Below are positions 24,986 to 40,700 of a stretch of DNA of 64,000 bases, one piece after another; positions within the stretch are counted from its first letter, which is position 1; each line of letters starts with the position of its first letter. Location of the stretch: NCBI GenBank assembly GCA_020137815.1, contig CM035352.1, forward strand, positions 2,852,001 through 2,916,000, written 5' to 3'. The DNA is from Hormiphora californensis. Its lineage: Eukaryota; Animalia; Ctenophora. The notes beneath the pieces are model-generated. The model made no database searches. It had not been told where the DNA came from and saw only the letters and a program-made list of their open reading frames with translations. The position numbers and the translations under genes are program-made.

Positions 24986-25573
24986 AGTAGTCCCTATCAA
25001 AATGGGAAAGCAATAATATAACATTATTAAAAGGGGTGGAAGTAGTGTAGTATGAAAGTACGAGGGATGAAAACAACATTATCTCCCGATGAATAAGCCA
25101 CCTAGTGACACACATGAACCTTGGTTCGGGCAAGTGGAGTCACATGTGTAATCTTACAAGGGCTTTGGTTATTACGAAGTACGTTGTGGAGGGGAAATTC
25201 GTTACCAAACAAGTATTGTCGTTGGAATGGCACATTATAGACCATGGATAGCAAATTAGAAATGCTTTACTAGACGTGTTTTGGTGCGTTCTTGAACTGT
25301 TAAACTCTCACAGATTGAAATTTCGCTAAAAAATTCATACAAAATATTAAAAAGCACACAAAGTTCATCCTATAATAGGTCCACGGCCAGACCACGTAAT
25401 TTCATGCACAATAATCAGTTATCCCGATATAGAAATTCAGTAGATTACTTCTCTCTCACACACTGGATCTATCATGTCCACTATCATATAGTTCACACTT
25501 CTCCCTGCACACACGGCACACACTGGATCCACTATCCCACGACTCACTTTTCCAGTACCTTGTATCATAGCGA

Positions 25574-28240
25574 TCACGGGCTGGAAGGGGGCTTGTCCAC
25601 TACAAGTATTCCTTTCCCGTCATGGTAGTTTCGGGAGGAAATTCCTGGATCATTACTTCGTAAATATCCTTCACATCTGTAGAAGATGTAATGGTTGTGA
25701 AAACTAAAAGACGTCATAGCTGAAACCATTACACCTTGATCTATTAGATCACACTATGCTTTGTTGATTGGTAACGAAATGATTGAGTCGCCTGACACTG
25801 TGTTCGTGCTCCGAAAGTAAGTATGAACAATTCAAGTACTTACCACAAGGAGTACCGCACTGCCAGTTACTTATTGAAACCCCTGCCTGATTGGCATGTG
25901 TTTGCTAGTTCAGAAAGGACCGCACATAGACCCATGTAGACATCCCTCCTCCAGTCTATTAGACACACCTCCTCGACACAGCGCTCAAACATGACTGACC
26001 TGTCTAGCTCCTGCAGGAATATGAGCCAGATAGATAATGGGTCTCTTTCACGCAAGTGTGATTGGGGTATTAGCAGTTTGGGCGTTACCGCGTCACACCG
26101 CTCTAAGAGCTTGGTCGGATGTTAGTGTTACCAACCAATCAATGAGAAAACTATATAATGAAGCAGGTATAAATAATTAATCAGTATATAATTACATAGT
26201 AACCTGGTGGCATGGGGTGAATCCGGGGGCGGAGGTCATTTCGCAGAGTTTCAGAGCGGTAAATCGTAGCTCACCTTTACATTTACTCCTTTTACGATAC
26301 CTACACTTGCCTGCACCCGTCTGTAGGATGTAGGTGTTGGGTAAAAACGTTGGAAAAATGGCATATATTAATTATGAGCCAAATCATATATAATTCCTGC
26401 CACATACAAAGAGAAGTTGTCTAATTTTTCACCTCATGGGCAGTAGCAAACTCCTCGGGTGAGCTGCTGGGTAGAAAAGGGAGGCCCGGGGCCATCTGAA
26501 AGTACATGTCATCAGATGGGTCCCCGTTAGGGTGGCCACATAGACCGCAGAACTGACCACGAGATCTCGTCCGGAATACCTCAACCTCCGATAACCCGTC
26601 ATACCTGGTGAAGCACAGGGAGATTAGTAATTAGTAATTTTAGGTGGGGGGGAGGTAACTCAACAAGGGTAGTAAATGGGTAACCAATGGTTACTAACCA
26701 TGCTAGTAATTAAACTGCAGGAGTTTCCAACGCAGAAGTCTATAATAATTCTACAATTCTGGTTACCCAGGTTACCCTAGTTACCCAGGTTACCCTTGTT
26801 ACCCAGCTGTTACCTAATCACAATATCAGCAAGTTTGTGAGTCATGTAGAGATGCAGTTGAGTGCGGTAAACTGTAACCAAACCAAGTTCTACTTTCCGA
26901 CCTGGTGAAACACTGACCACCTGGAAGAAAAGATAACAGTCAGCATCCTCTCTCTTAGTATCATAGTATAATATATAATAGCTAGCGAACCCTCCCTCGT
27001 TACGATGTGAAATATACATTTAAAGGTTGATAGTCGACCAGGCGACGAGAGACCCATCATTTTACAGCTACCTAGTGGTTATGTAATTCTAGCTGTAAGC
27101 AGCATATTGTTGTAACTCCCCCAGTAATTTCAGAGATAACACATGTGCAATATGAAACCCTTTTTGAAGACACATACAAGGATATGTTCTATTCGGGATG
27201 CATGGTATAAAAGGCAGTGTACAAGAGTTATGTTGCCCCTTCGGGGGCACACTCACTCAACATCCAGAGCAACCTGTAGTGTTGTAACACGCAGTATACA
27301 CAGTGTATACCTACTGTTATGTATACACGCCGCGCTGTATATTAGCTCTAGCTGCAGGTTAACCACTACTACACCTCTTACTACACCTTTACCTGGTAGT
27401 GACTACCATGAGCGGAACCATGACTGATGACGATCAGTGACCACTCTACTCTACAGATATATCGTATAATAGGGGAGAGCTCTCCCCACCCTTTTTGGTA
27501 TTTTTGGACTACCTTATCTAAAACTACCGCTATACATTGTATTTCTTATTTTCAAACACGGGGGTAAGGACAGATTAAATTGTAGAGCCATTAGAATGTA
27601 ATATGTTCTAGTTGTGCTGTTGCACAATACAATGTTCTAGAAGACAAACAAAAAACAAACACACGATTGATAGTTTTCGTTTATCTTTGTCTCTACTGGA
27701 AATTGACACACTTCACATCTCATCAACAACACGTCATGGTACCCTAGCTATCACATCCATCAAGGTCGTAAGTTTGTCAAATGTCAGTCCGTTGTTATGT
27801 ACAGTTGTATCCAAACATGAACGTGGCCATTGATGATATTCTATTCTTATTCTTAGTTAGTATCTTGAGCGCTGATTTAGGCCAGGATTGTGGCCAGGAG
27901 TGTGATACCTGACGCGGTTGACCACGGTCTTCCTGGAGCGTCCGAAGTAACATGCTCTACATAAACTGATTGGTGGGTGGCCTTGCTACGGCGGAGTGGT
28001 GGACATGCTGGGGCGCCTAATAAGCGTGTTCGGTGCGGCCTCTACTACTTTCAGACAGGTCATCCTCCAGACGCAACAATCACAAACAAAAAAAACAAAC
28101 AAATAGCTACCTGTTGGCCGTGTTGTACTCTCAGACCCCGTGTTAGTGAGACGGAGTGGAAGGAGACAGATGTGGCACATCTCCCTGTTCCCCCTGACCT
28201 GCATGGTGCTGTGTCTACTAGCACATGGTATCCAAACCTC

Positions 28241-28305
<65 letters not shown>

Positions 28306-28611
28306 AGAGAGGGAAAAAAGTCATTATATGTCAATAATTGTAGTGTGATAAAACAAAATCAAATTTTATCTGTGAAGTGAAATAAATTTGAGTAATGTAA
28401 ACAATCTACCTTGCACTCAGAAGCCATGACGTAGCTACAGGTTGCTTGAATCCTGAAGGAAGCTCCGTCAAATGTCCGAACATACCCCGCTCCGGACATG
28501 GAACATCGGCTGTGGTCGTATATTCCATGGATCATTGCTGGAGAGGGGGAAGGGGACTAGGAGAGAGAGATAGATAGATATAGAGGAGAGAGAGAGAGAG
28601 AGAGAGGAGAA

Positions 28612-28691
<80 letters not shown>

Positions 28692-28696
28692 GAGAG

Positions 28697-28728
<32 letters not shown>

Positions 28729-31700
28729 AAGAGAGGGAGAGAGTGTGTGTGAGAAAAAAGAAAGAGAGAGAGGGGAAGAGAGGAAAAGAACTCATTCCAG
28801 CACAATCACCTCGATCCTGTTTGGATTGTGGTTGTCCCGCCTCTGGTCCGGTGTACAACTGAAGAGAGGATGGGCGATGTCGGCAACTCCTAATAAGCTC
28901 TGTCGGGAACTCTCCAGCAGATTCAGTTATCAGTTCTGAAATAAAATAGATATATTGGAATGGGTTTTGCACAGTAAATTGAAGTGCACGGAATTTATAG
29001 ATGAAATATTCTAATTCGGAGAAAGTTATCTGTTCGGTAAATCAATGATAAATTTACCGTACGTATTTTGTATCAGTGATGGACAGGAGGATTGTCGCTA
29101 AAACAGATAAACCTAGATATTAGTAGAGTCGATAACTACATCGACCTCTCCCAATTGTTCCAGTTTTTGTCACATCAGTTTCGAGCCTCGACACGACCTC
29201 TAAACAGGTGTTACTTTTTCACAAACTGTTTTCATCTTGGTGTAATCAGCAGTTGAAATGTTGTTGATCATAACAAAAACCTGACTAAATTTTTTCAACT
29301 TGGGGTAAAACCATGGGTGTCAAAAGTTAGCTCTAGGTCCCCTGAGTAACCATCCGGAGACTCCAAGAGATATTTCAAGCCGTTCTCCTGTAATCATTAA
29401 TCCCGGTAGAGCACATATTTGAGTATGGACGTACGTGCAATTGCCTACAACCTCAACTTTAATGTATAACGTTAATGTGCGTCTCTCTCTTTTCTCCCCC
29501 TTGAGAAAGAGTTATCTCGCGCGGCGCAACCGCACGTGCGGTTTTTCCAGAGAGAGTGAGAGACATACAATAACATGTAAACAGCCTGCCAGCGCTCACG
29601 TACGTCCGCATTGTATTTTTTTCTCCACCGGGATTAATGATTACGGGAGAACGGCTTGAAATATCTCTTAGAGTCTCCGGATGGTTACTCAGGGGACCTA
29701 GAGCTAACTTTTGACACCCATGGTTTTACCCCAAGTTGAAAAAATTTAGTCAGGTTTTTGTTATGATCAGCAACATTTCAACTGCTGATTACACCAAGAT
29801 GAAAACAGTTTGCGAAAAAGTAACACCTGTTTAGAGGTCGTGTCGAGGCTCCAAACAGATGTGACAAAAACTGGAACAATTGGGAGAGGTCGATGTAGTT
29901 ATCGACTCTACTATATTAATAAACTGAATCAAATGTTTCTCACCCGTGGGGAGGGTGTTATCAGGGGTATCTAGGACACAGTACGCATGGCCCCTCTCCA
30001 CTCCCTCCTCCCCACAATCCACCGGGGCTGCAGACGACGCTATATAACCTGATTATGAAACATGCAGTTAGCTGAACCGATCTTATTGAATTCAGGAGAC
30101 GTTATATCGAGGTTGTCATTTCAATGACATGTATTGTTGTCGTGGGATATAAAATAGAATAGCACTTTGGCTTCAAAAATATCCTAATTAGTTCTTACCA
30201 GGGTTGCAGTTGACTTTGAGCGAGGATCCAAGGTCAAGATCAAAAGATGGGCCGTTGGGAATAAATCCCACGCACTTCGTTCTCTTACAGATACCTATAA
30301 GATTAAAGTAGTTGTAAATGCCCCAGTTTACCCTAATATACGTAAAAGCCACCCGAGTTAGAACTGTTTGGCGGCGCCCATACCCCAATTTGATTCTCAA
30401 ATCGACCGCGCGATTGATTCTCAAATCTGAGCGTGCGACAGTGCGCTCAGATGTGGTCGGCGGCGCCAGACAGAGTTAGAAACTTTATTAGTACTTTGAC
30501 AGATATTGCGTGTCTTACTCACCAGGTTTTCTGTCATACAGATTGTTTCCCAGGCAGGTGATAGCCCCAGCTCCAATCAACTCAAACTCGCTCCGACATG
30601 CCAGGTACAAACTCCCTCCCGCAGGTACCTCTCGTTCCAGTGGTGGCACAAAGCCTCCTTGAAGAACGGGTACAAAACATGGACCAGCCACTCCTGTAAC
30701 ATGGGGAGGTTTGATGGAGAATGTCGGCCATACTACTATCATGAGAGTACCATACCTTACTCTCGTTTTTTAAGAAACGCTTTAGTAAGAAACTTTTTTA
30801 TAAGAAACTTTTCAAATGTGAATCACATAATTCAGAGACACCACAACAAAATAGAACACCCCTAACTTGTTTAGTTTCTTGATAAAGGAGAAATTCTTTT
30901 TGTTTTTGGATTGTTTACACCTGTAGTTTCCTAGAAAAAAAGTATCTTATTTAAAAGTTTCTTGAAATATGCGAGCTTAATTAACGAGAGTAAGGTATTT
31001 GGTAATCGACATAATTCCGTTATAGCCAAATGGCAATCGGAATGCACTTACCACCACATGTTCCTATTTCCATATCAAATTCCCCATTACCCATACAACG
31101 AGCAATAGTGTTACCCCGGGACTTATGCCCCTGAGGGCATTGTAGGGTAGTGCTGTCACCCTCCAGGATCCAGCCTGTTTGGGTCAACTGACCAGGACCG
31201 GAGAGGGGTGCTACCAAACATGTCACATTTCCTGTAGAGGATGCTGGATGATAGAGTGGGAGATAGGGAGATGGAAAGTATAGTTATCTGGGTATGTTTT
31301 AGACTGAGGAGAAGCTCCCAAGAATCATACCTGGTACACATTCTCCCAGCGTCTGGTTTAGTCGATCTCCCATACACTTGGCAATATCATTCCCAATCAC
31401 AACATAACCATCCTGAGCAGAGGGGAAGTTACGATTAGATTTAATTTCTAGGATAGCACAAATCCTTGTGTTTTTGTACCTTGCAGGTAAGCGTGTAGGT
31501 AGATCCTGGAGCAAGCGAGTAAGGTGATCGTGATGAGGCATTGTTTCGTTCTATCTCACAAAATCCATAACTAGAGCATTCACCCAGTACCTTATCCAAC
31601 TTCCCTGCGTAAGAGTATGATAGAAATGGGAGCTAGGAAACTGAGCTAGTTTTAAGACACATGAAGTACTGCACGACACATGAAGTACTGCACGACACAT

Positions 31701-34627
31701 GAAGTACTGCACGACATGGAGACTGTAGAACCCTGCTGTATTGCAGGTACCACTAACCAGATCTGGTACACGTAGCAGACTGGTGCCCGTTGGGTAGTCC
31801 ATAGTTACAGGCCATCTGAACAACCTCACCCAGGGGTACCTCCTTTTTAAAGTTGGTGTAACCGTTAGGGATATCGGGGAGGGGACACCGCAGCGTCATC
31901 TCACATCTGAGGGAGGGGGATCGCAAATCATCTCTCGGTGTATCTGTTTTTTTTTCAATATCTCTCCCCCTCTCTCCCCGATGAACTAAAATACCAAATC
32001 TATTAGATCAACTATCTCTGTTGACTAAACCTCCTTCCTTCTTTTGGTTACGAAATAACCCCTTCGCGCGCTGGCAAGGGATGGGTAACTTCGTAACCAA
32101 TTCCTTCTATTCTTCCCCGAATTCTCGTTCAGCTACCTGGGTATGGTGTGTGTATGTGTGTGTGTGTATGTGTGTGTGTGTGTACCTGGGTATGGTGACG
32201 TCATAAGTGCCATTGTTGAGGCAGGTCATCTTGCTATTCCCACCCCTTGCTATCTTGTACCCTCTCTTGCAGAGAATAGTCAGTACTGAACCCTCGTAAA
32301 CCGTACTACGCAGATCGTACGATATCCGCGTTCCTAGAGTGAGTATTAAGAGAATGTAAAAATATTATCACGATAGTACTGCCAAAATGTCAAAACTCAG
32401 ACTTCCCTCCCATGCGACGGAAAGTTTCTTTAGGGATTCGAAACATGCTAAATTCACAATTTACCTATTCGAGCAGGCTGGTAAAGTTCAATATCCGCAT
32501 TCCCTATCTCCGGTCTCTCACACACCCTCTTACACTCCCCAATGGTGTCATTGTAGAACCCGCCCTTCTTGCAGTGTGCCTCGGGCTGCCCTATGATCAC
32601 GTGATTATCAGGACAGGAGAGAGTTATCATGGTGTCCTCGTAGACCCTTCCTCCCGGGGTGACTTCACCTGAAGGAAGGTGTGTGTTGTTCATTTACTGC
32701 TGAAAGAGGGTATTTTGATGTTCAATACTGGATCTGGGACACATCATGGACAATAATTTATACCGATCCTGCACTACCTTTTGCTGCGATGATTTCAGGG
32801 CAGGTTAACATGGCGCACACCCCCAAGATGTGAGCATAGGTGCCATTAGGTCTACACTCCGAGGTTTGGTTGCCCACTACCGTCCACCCGTCCGGGCAGG
32901 CGATGTGGATCTCTGCACCAACACGGATCCGACCTAAAGGATATCATTTAGGAACTTGAGATGGTCTCCTTGGTGTATACGACTTTCAGAAAGTGTGTGG
33001 TGTAAACCTAGCACACACATACCTGATGGTCGAATGATGCCCTCTGCCCCAAAATCTCCACTGTACTCCTCACAATGTGTCATGTTCTGTCCCAGGTTGG
33101 TTGCATTGAACTCTGCCACGTTGGAGCTCCCTCCCGGTCTGTACCGGGGCCCCTCCGCAACTTGTCGCTGGCGGTCCGTGTCGGGGATACATGTTCCCAG
33201 GGGGTAGTCAAACACACCTACATCCAAACACCTGACCAGGGACATTATTGCTCATTACAATTAGACACGAACCAATTACTAATTGTATCCATTTCTGTCT
33301 CTGTTTCTGTCCCACTGCACTATCTCGCTGTCTCCCTCTTTCTCTGTCCATTTCTCTCCCTCCCTCTCCTATAATACTCGGTACTAACCTGACATGACTG
33401 TTTCCCACAAGATGGTGACTCTCGTTACAATAAATCTGTACAAACGTCCCCTCTGGAACGGAGGGTAACAGGGGCACGGTGTATCCAAACAACGGCTGTC
33501 TCAATCCACATCTCACAAAGGTGGTCTTTATACACGGTCCCACACTGTATACATCATACGTTCCATCATCCTGACACCAGGCACTAGCAGGACCCTTCAA
33601 GTTCCACCCTATTTCACAGTTCACAAAGACCTTCTGGCCTGCCCGGGGTCTCCCCTCAGGTAACACCGCTCCGTCCACCACGGTTAGTTGAGGGCAATAG
33701 ACAGGCTCGCACGTGCCAACTTCCCTATCATAGGTGCCATCGGGGAGACAGGTAGCGGAACCCCATCCCGTAACTTGGTATCCCTTTTCACATGATGACA
33801 ACGTTATGACGTCACCCGGGAACACCGGCCAGTTAGTTGATGACGTCACGTTACCTGGTAACCCTGCACGTGACGTCACGTTACCTGGCAACCCTGCACG
33901 TGACGTCACGTTACCCCGGGCAACGGATACTTCTGGACATCCCTTGACACACTTCCCCGGCTCTTCATCACACGTCCAGTTAGCCTTGGTGAGGATGAAT
34001 CCATTATAACACTCGGCTGTAAAGTGGGTACCGTGGGAGGGTCTAGCGAACCCAAAGTTGATCCTGGGAGCCCTGCAAGCCCCACACCGCCCCTCCTGGT
34101 CCACGATGGTTCCATTTGTGAAACAAGTCCTGGTACTGCCACATGCTCCCACATAGGTCACGTGATCCGAGAACACACGTGTAGTGTGGGTGTCTGTGGG
34201 CACGTGACAGTCACGTGACACACATATTGGAGGGGTGAAGTTTGGGGTGCATAGAGCTGGGGATGTGGCCATGAATCCCGGGTCACAATACGCATGGACG
34301 GTAGTGTTGTGAGGCACTAAACCAGATGGATGGAGAATTCCACGGTCCGTGTCGGGGGAGACAGAACACAGGGGCACACAGGAACCTGGGGAGAGAGGGA
34401 GGTATTACAAAAAGGATGTACATGGCAAAGCACCCACTACACATAATGAGGGAATTGGAAGAGTCAGTGGCGCAAGTCCAGCCCCCCAGCCCCCAATAAA
34501 CCAATTTGTTGTATTACCTACAAAGGTGCCTAGGAAGAGAAGAAAACGCAACATTTTAACAAGTTTTTACAGCTGCCACTACTGCATTATATGACTTGGA
34601 GAAAGAGGTAGAGAGAGGTAGAGAGAG

Positions 34628-34723
<96 letters not shown>

Positions 34724-37700
34724 GCTAAGAATAGACTCAATTACAGAGTGCACCATGGTCATTTAGAGCAGCAGTGCGGAGAAGGTCGACAGTTAATCTG
34801 GATTTCAGCACGGAAGGAAATGGAAAGGTTTAGAGTTGTCTGCTAAATAATTCCAATCAATGTTATTCAGGATTGCATAAAATTAGGGAAAATCGTGTAC
34901 TGTTTGTTTCTGTATGCAAATTGCTCTACCGAACCCTCACAGAGTGCGCTCGTTATTTCATCAAATAAAATCGGGCCTTTATAGTCGAGAGCCCAACATG
35001 GAATTGCTCTCTTTCATCTCTTTTTAGTTTTCAATATGTATTAACCTACTAAACCTATCTCTGCATCTTCCCTTCGTTCTAGCTCCCTCTGTCACCTGTC
35101 TTGTATTCAATATTCTCTCCTTTACTAGCCCGTGTATTATACTAATACTATTATTATTATCATACTAATAGTATTATTATTACTAGCCCGTTTACCTTAT
35201 TGTAATATGACGGGCAGAAAAGATTGTTCGTGACTGCGTGACAATACTAATAGGACGGGCAGAGAAGATTGTTCGTGACTGCGTGATAATACTAATAGGT
35301 TAGGACTCTCTCGGGTATTATATAAAGCTCTCTATCCATTATTCTGTTACATTGAATTATATCGCTCCGTCCTTTACTTTACTTTGAGACTTCCTACACC
35401 CCTGAATCCAGCCACAAGTTTAGAATGATGTTGCTGATTTTTCTGTTCCTCCTCCTGTGTGAACCTGCCGGTGGAACGATACAGAGCCGTATACGGGAAG
35501 TGGCAGCGAAATCAGTATACAGGGCCAGCAAAACACAGGAACACAGGGCTGAACACACTGTCGATGGGGATCTTAGTACAGCTTGGATTTCCGATACTGA
35601 CAATAAACCTGAATGGCTAAAACTGACACTAGCTGTCAAAGGATCGAAAGTTGAGAAAGTTGTCATTGTTAGCAGGTGATTTGATATTCAGCTAGATATC
35701 TTTTTTTAGATTTTGGGGGCGGGGATAACACTCCGGTAAACAATCTCTGATGCTGAGAGTTCTCAGTTGTTACTGAGCTCTTGTATATTGTATAAAACAC
35801 ATTACCCCTCTCCCCTCCTCTCAGCGTTATTGATAACCGAACGTCGAGACGATTTCTTGGAACACAAATCTCTCTCATTGGATCAACCACCAACACAACA
35901 TGTGGGACTATCAACTCAGTCAACAAAGATTACTACTCACAAACTGCCCAGACCTACACCATCCTCTGCCCCACTACCAAGGAACCAACTCTTGCTGTGT
36001 TTCTGTACGATGATGTGATGGAGTTGACGTACGATAAGGAAAGAGATTGGATGGTCATGAACGCAGCAGAAGTTATGGTCTACATCAAAACAAGTGAGCA
36101 ATATCCGGGAAGAAAACGCTTACTTTACTGAAACCCCCCCCCCCCACTGAAACGCCCAAATCTAACGACATTGACTTTGATTAACTGACTGCCACGCATC
36201 TCATTCAACCTCACATTCCTGGGTGGACCCCATAAGAAGTTAACTTAGATATGAATAACAGTGTCTTCAATATTCCATTATCCCATCCTTTCCCCTATTT
36301 GGGCAATTGGGCGTGTTAATAGCCGATACCAAAACTAATCTTCCTCGTTTTAGCTCCCTCCATATAACACAAAATGACTGCTAGCACCACCTACCCTATT
36401 ATTACCTATTGGAGGCTCCAAGGTCCCATTTTCCATACATCGTGCCAGTATGGGACCCACTGATAGAAACCCAGAGGGACAGATCAGTAGGTGGATGGAT
36501 CCAACGGGGATTAGATCCAGCATCACACTGGGAGACATTGGTAGTCTACAATACCCAGGAACACCTGAAATAACGTTCAAGGTTCAGTATAGCAGACGCC
36601 CCTGAAAACTAAGAAAAGTAGTTAGAACTAGAGCATACACGGTACAAGTTTGCCATCTGTTTTCATCTCGTAATATTTCCCTAACATTGGATTAGCACCG
36701 CCAAATAGATTGAAACCAAATAAATATCCACTTACGTTCTTTACATCCTCCCCTTGGCAGTATCATCCCTTCGTTTGAGCATGTTTTAGTGGCTCTCCCC
36801 TCCACCACTTCGCTAGTATTAGAACACTGAACCGTTACAACATCCCCAGAAAACAAGTCCTGTGCCGGACTAAACGTGGCGTCCATTTTACACCTATCAA
36901 TGATATCAACATGTTATCTCCGATGAATATAAAGTAGTATTAAAAGATCTTACTATCTGAAACTATCAACAGAAATTTCAAAGTTTTTTCTCACCCTGCT
37001 GCCGGGTTGCTCAGTTGACAGGATGGGGCTATTAATGACATGTTGAAATTGCTGTGACAGGTTATCTGTCGATGACCAATCAGGTTGTAAAATGGATCAC
37101 AGATGACGTCAATACTTTGTCCAACTTTAATTAGTCCCATGCTGAAGTATTTCGTTGCTTTCCCTGAACAAACAAGAAGTTGATTAATATGACAGAGGGC
37201 CTTGTCAGCGCAATTGAGTTTTCCCGCGGTTTGCAGAAGTGACGCGCACACACGCGCGGATTATATCGTATTTCCGCGGTTCGGAGTTCGCGTGTGCTCA
37301 ACAAACGTTATCATTTCCCCCACCCTCAGGGTTGGATACCTTCGCACGCCGGCAAGGGACAGCCGCGAGCTACCTGATACCCCTCTTTGGCGTCGATTTT
37401 TAAGTTTACCTCGACTAGAGAATTCGTCTGTTAGCTTCACTTTCCCATGAACAATGTGCGGAACCTAAGGGGGCAAGAAATATAACTGGGAAGTATAAGT
37501 TTTGAGGTAGCAAAAAACTCAAATCGTTTTACTTTTAGATCCAACGCCTAATTTTGAGCATATTGTGCGGCGTGAGATCAATTGGACTGTTACTTATTAT
37601 AGAGAGATTATAAGGTTGAGCAAAGGACTAACCTCACAATACTTTGTCTGTTCAGCACACGTCCCAGGACGAGAGAAGGAGCCAGAGGGTAGACACGTTA

Positions 37701-40700
37701 TTGTCATTGGACCCAGTCCCACCAGGCCCGGGTAACATTCGACTGCCATCTCTGAGCCAACCTGAAAGTGGTTGAAATATATAGTTTGTCTGATAAAGTA
37801 TCAAAAGTCCTGTAGTTAGATCCCTGCAGGTTCAATTCCTAGTATTTCTCAATTTTCATCCCTATTAAATTCTTGTTCAAATATGCTATATCCAAACAAA
37901 CACCCCCCCATCTCATTGCACCTACCTTGGAAGCACCTGTGAAGAGACGTCTCAGCTCTGATCCCTCAGGGAAGGATGGAGGTTTACAGTAGTGTCTCTC
38001 ACATTGTACATCTGGGTAGGTCATCTTCCCGTTCTTACAATATGCCCTGATAATGGTGGGAATGGGGATATGTACTGGGGATTTGTAATGGGGATTGTTT
38101 ATGGGAATAGGACTCGAATTGTATCAGATAACATACCGAAACAAAGAACTAAACATTACAACATTTTGAATAACATGCTCTAGTTAGATGACTGACGACA
38201 GAATAACATGCTCAGTATCTAGAGCTCATGTAGAGGGGAATAATATTTGATCACACTTACCTCACATGTTCACTGGTAGGTTCACTGCCCTCTTGGCACT
38301 GTAACACCACGCTATCACCACTTTCTATCATTGTAACACCTCCTCCCCGGGATCCATCTTTCACCCACTCTCCTCGATCAGTGTCAAGTGTACAGCTAGC
38401 AAATCTACTGACACAACTACCCAGTTCTCGCTCGTACTCACCACCTTCGCGACAGTAGGTAAACGTGTTGCCCTAGATCGGGGAGGGGGTGATGAACTAG
38501 ACATGACTCTAGAATCTAGAGATTAACAATTCGAGATCAGACTCTCTATTGGGCACCTCGTGCCCCTCTGTGCTGCGCAGGCAAGACTCAGCCATGCAGT
38601 TTTGGGATCAAATCAAAAGAGGTAATAATCAAATAATAAGCACATACGGAGAAGAGGTGATCGGTGTTGCACCGTAGTGTTACAGGCCTCCCTGGGCTAG
38701 TTCGTTGGGGGATTATCACACCATTAGGTACAGAGGGGGCCACACAATCCACACTCTTACAACTGGGACAGAGAGAAAGACGTGTTAGGTCAATTGGTAG
38801 GAATGTGTCGGGATATTACGTAACCGGCTGACCCAAATTGTGTATTGTAGGAATTCATCAGATGAGAGAGAAAAAGATAGGGAACGCAGTTTTAAAAGCA
38901 AGAGTGAAATGATAAAAATAGTTGAATCGAAAGAACACCTACCTCCCTAGCCGCTGATTAACATTGTTACAGTTAACATGCTCCAGTCCGTTCACCTTGA
39001 ACCCCGGATCACACTGCAGCCGGAGTGTGTTACCACTCCTCTCAATCGTCCCATTCCTGGGTAGGATGGTAGGCAGTGGGCAATCTGCCAGGGCACACAC
39101 CGGTACCTCCGGGGATAAAGTTCCATTGGAACACAGAGAGCCACCTTTATCTCCTACCTGCAAGGAGTTTTAACATTGTTTGACATGTTTTTAGCATTGT
39201 TTGACATTGCAAAGTTGAAACATTGGTGTGCTTCAACCATCACCTATTTCTCTGCGAAAACAAAACTGAAAAGTATGAACAATTTTATCTCAAAAACCGT
39301 ATTTTGGGAAATAATTCATTGATATATCTGATCCCCTACCAGTTCATATCCGGGATCACATATCAGCTGAACGTGTTGTCCATCTACTGCACTGGTGGGT
39401 TGGTAGTAACCAAACCTCCTGATAGGTAGTGGGCACTCCAACAAACACTCCCCAAATGGTGGATCTGAGGGGGAATATCAGGTAACGGACACTCCAACAA
39501 ACACTTCCCAAAGGGTGGATCTGCGGGGGAATACAGGGGAGAGAGGTACTGCGGGGGAAATAACATACATACAGGGCGCACCGGTAAGGGGTGATGGTTT
39601 TATATAACGGGGGAAGATATGTTTATACCAAGGAATTATTTATAAGTTGCAAAAGGAAAGATCAGTAATGATGTTTCGACAATTCACCCACCAGCGATAA
39701 GGTCTTTGGAGCAGCCACTGACACCTTGCCCCACTAGTCTGTAGCCCCGATCACACTGGACCTTCATTGAATCTCCCACCAGAATGTCCCCGAAGATACC
39801 AAACAGATGGACTATGGAACCGTTAGGAATGGACAAGTCGGAACAGGAACCCAACTCACAGGAACCTAAGGAGAAACTCTAACTGAATGGCATCCCATCA
39901 ATGGGATCCCATCAGCAGTAAAACTCTAACTGATAATGGACCACAGTGATGGTTCTTTCTCTGTATTCTCTCTGTAGGCAGTACATTGAGCATGCCCGGG
40001 CGCACACACAGAGAGAATACAGAGAAAGAACCATCACTGTGGTTCATTATCAGTTAGAGTTTTACTGTTGATGGGATCCCATTAATGGGATGCCATTCAG
40101 TTAGAGTTTCCCCTAATCGAGGATGTGATAATTAGAACATTTGGTTAACATGGCTGGACATGGCTACATGAAATTCCTTTTATATGCATTTTCCCCGCCA
40201 AAAGAATGAACCGATTATTGGACCCTGTTATAATACCCACCTATCTCTTTATCAAACAGTCCAGTGTGCATGCAGGTAGCAATGTGATGTCCTGCTACCA
40301 CATAGCCGTGGGAGCATGTTAGAGTTATACTGTCACCCTCTTTTACCGTGTATCGGTCCAGCTGTCCGCTTCGCACTGGTAATGCGGTGCACTCTGGAAA
40401 GGGGGGTTAGGGGCGGTTGAAGGGGGGTTGTACGATGTTGTGACAAATAAACTTATGTGGCAAAATAATCTGGTTCAATGTGGTAGGTTACCTTTCTTGC
40501 ATTTTCCTAGTTCCTTTGCAAGTTCTCCGTTACGACAGAGAGAGTACAGGGCACCGTGACGCTTGAAACCATGGTCACATTTCACTTTGTAGTACAGGCC
40601 TGATTTGATTGGCTCTCCCGGGATCAGCTGTCCATCAACAACCCGTTGTGGGATACAGTATCGTCCTGAAATAACGTGTTGCAAATTTAAGGTGATTGTG

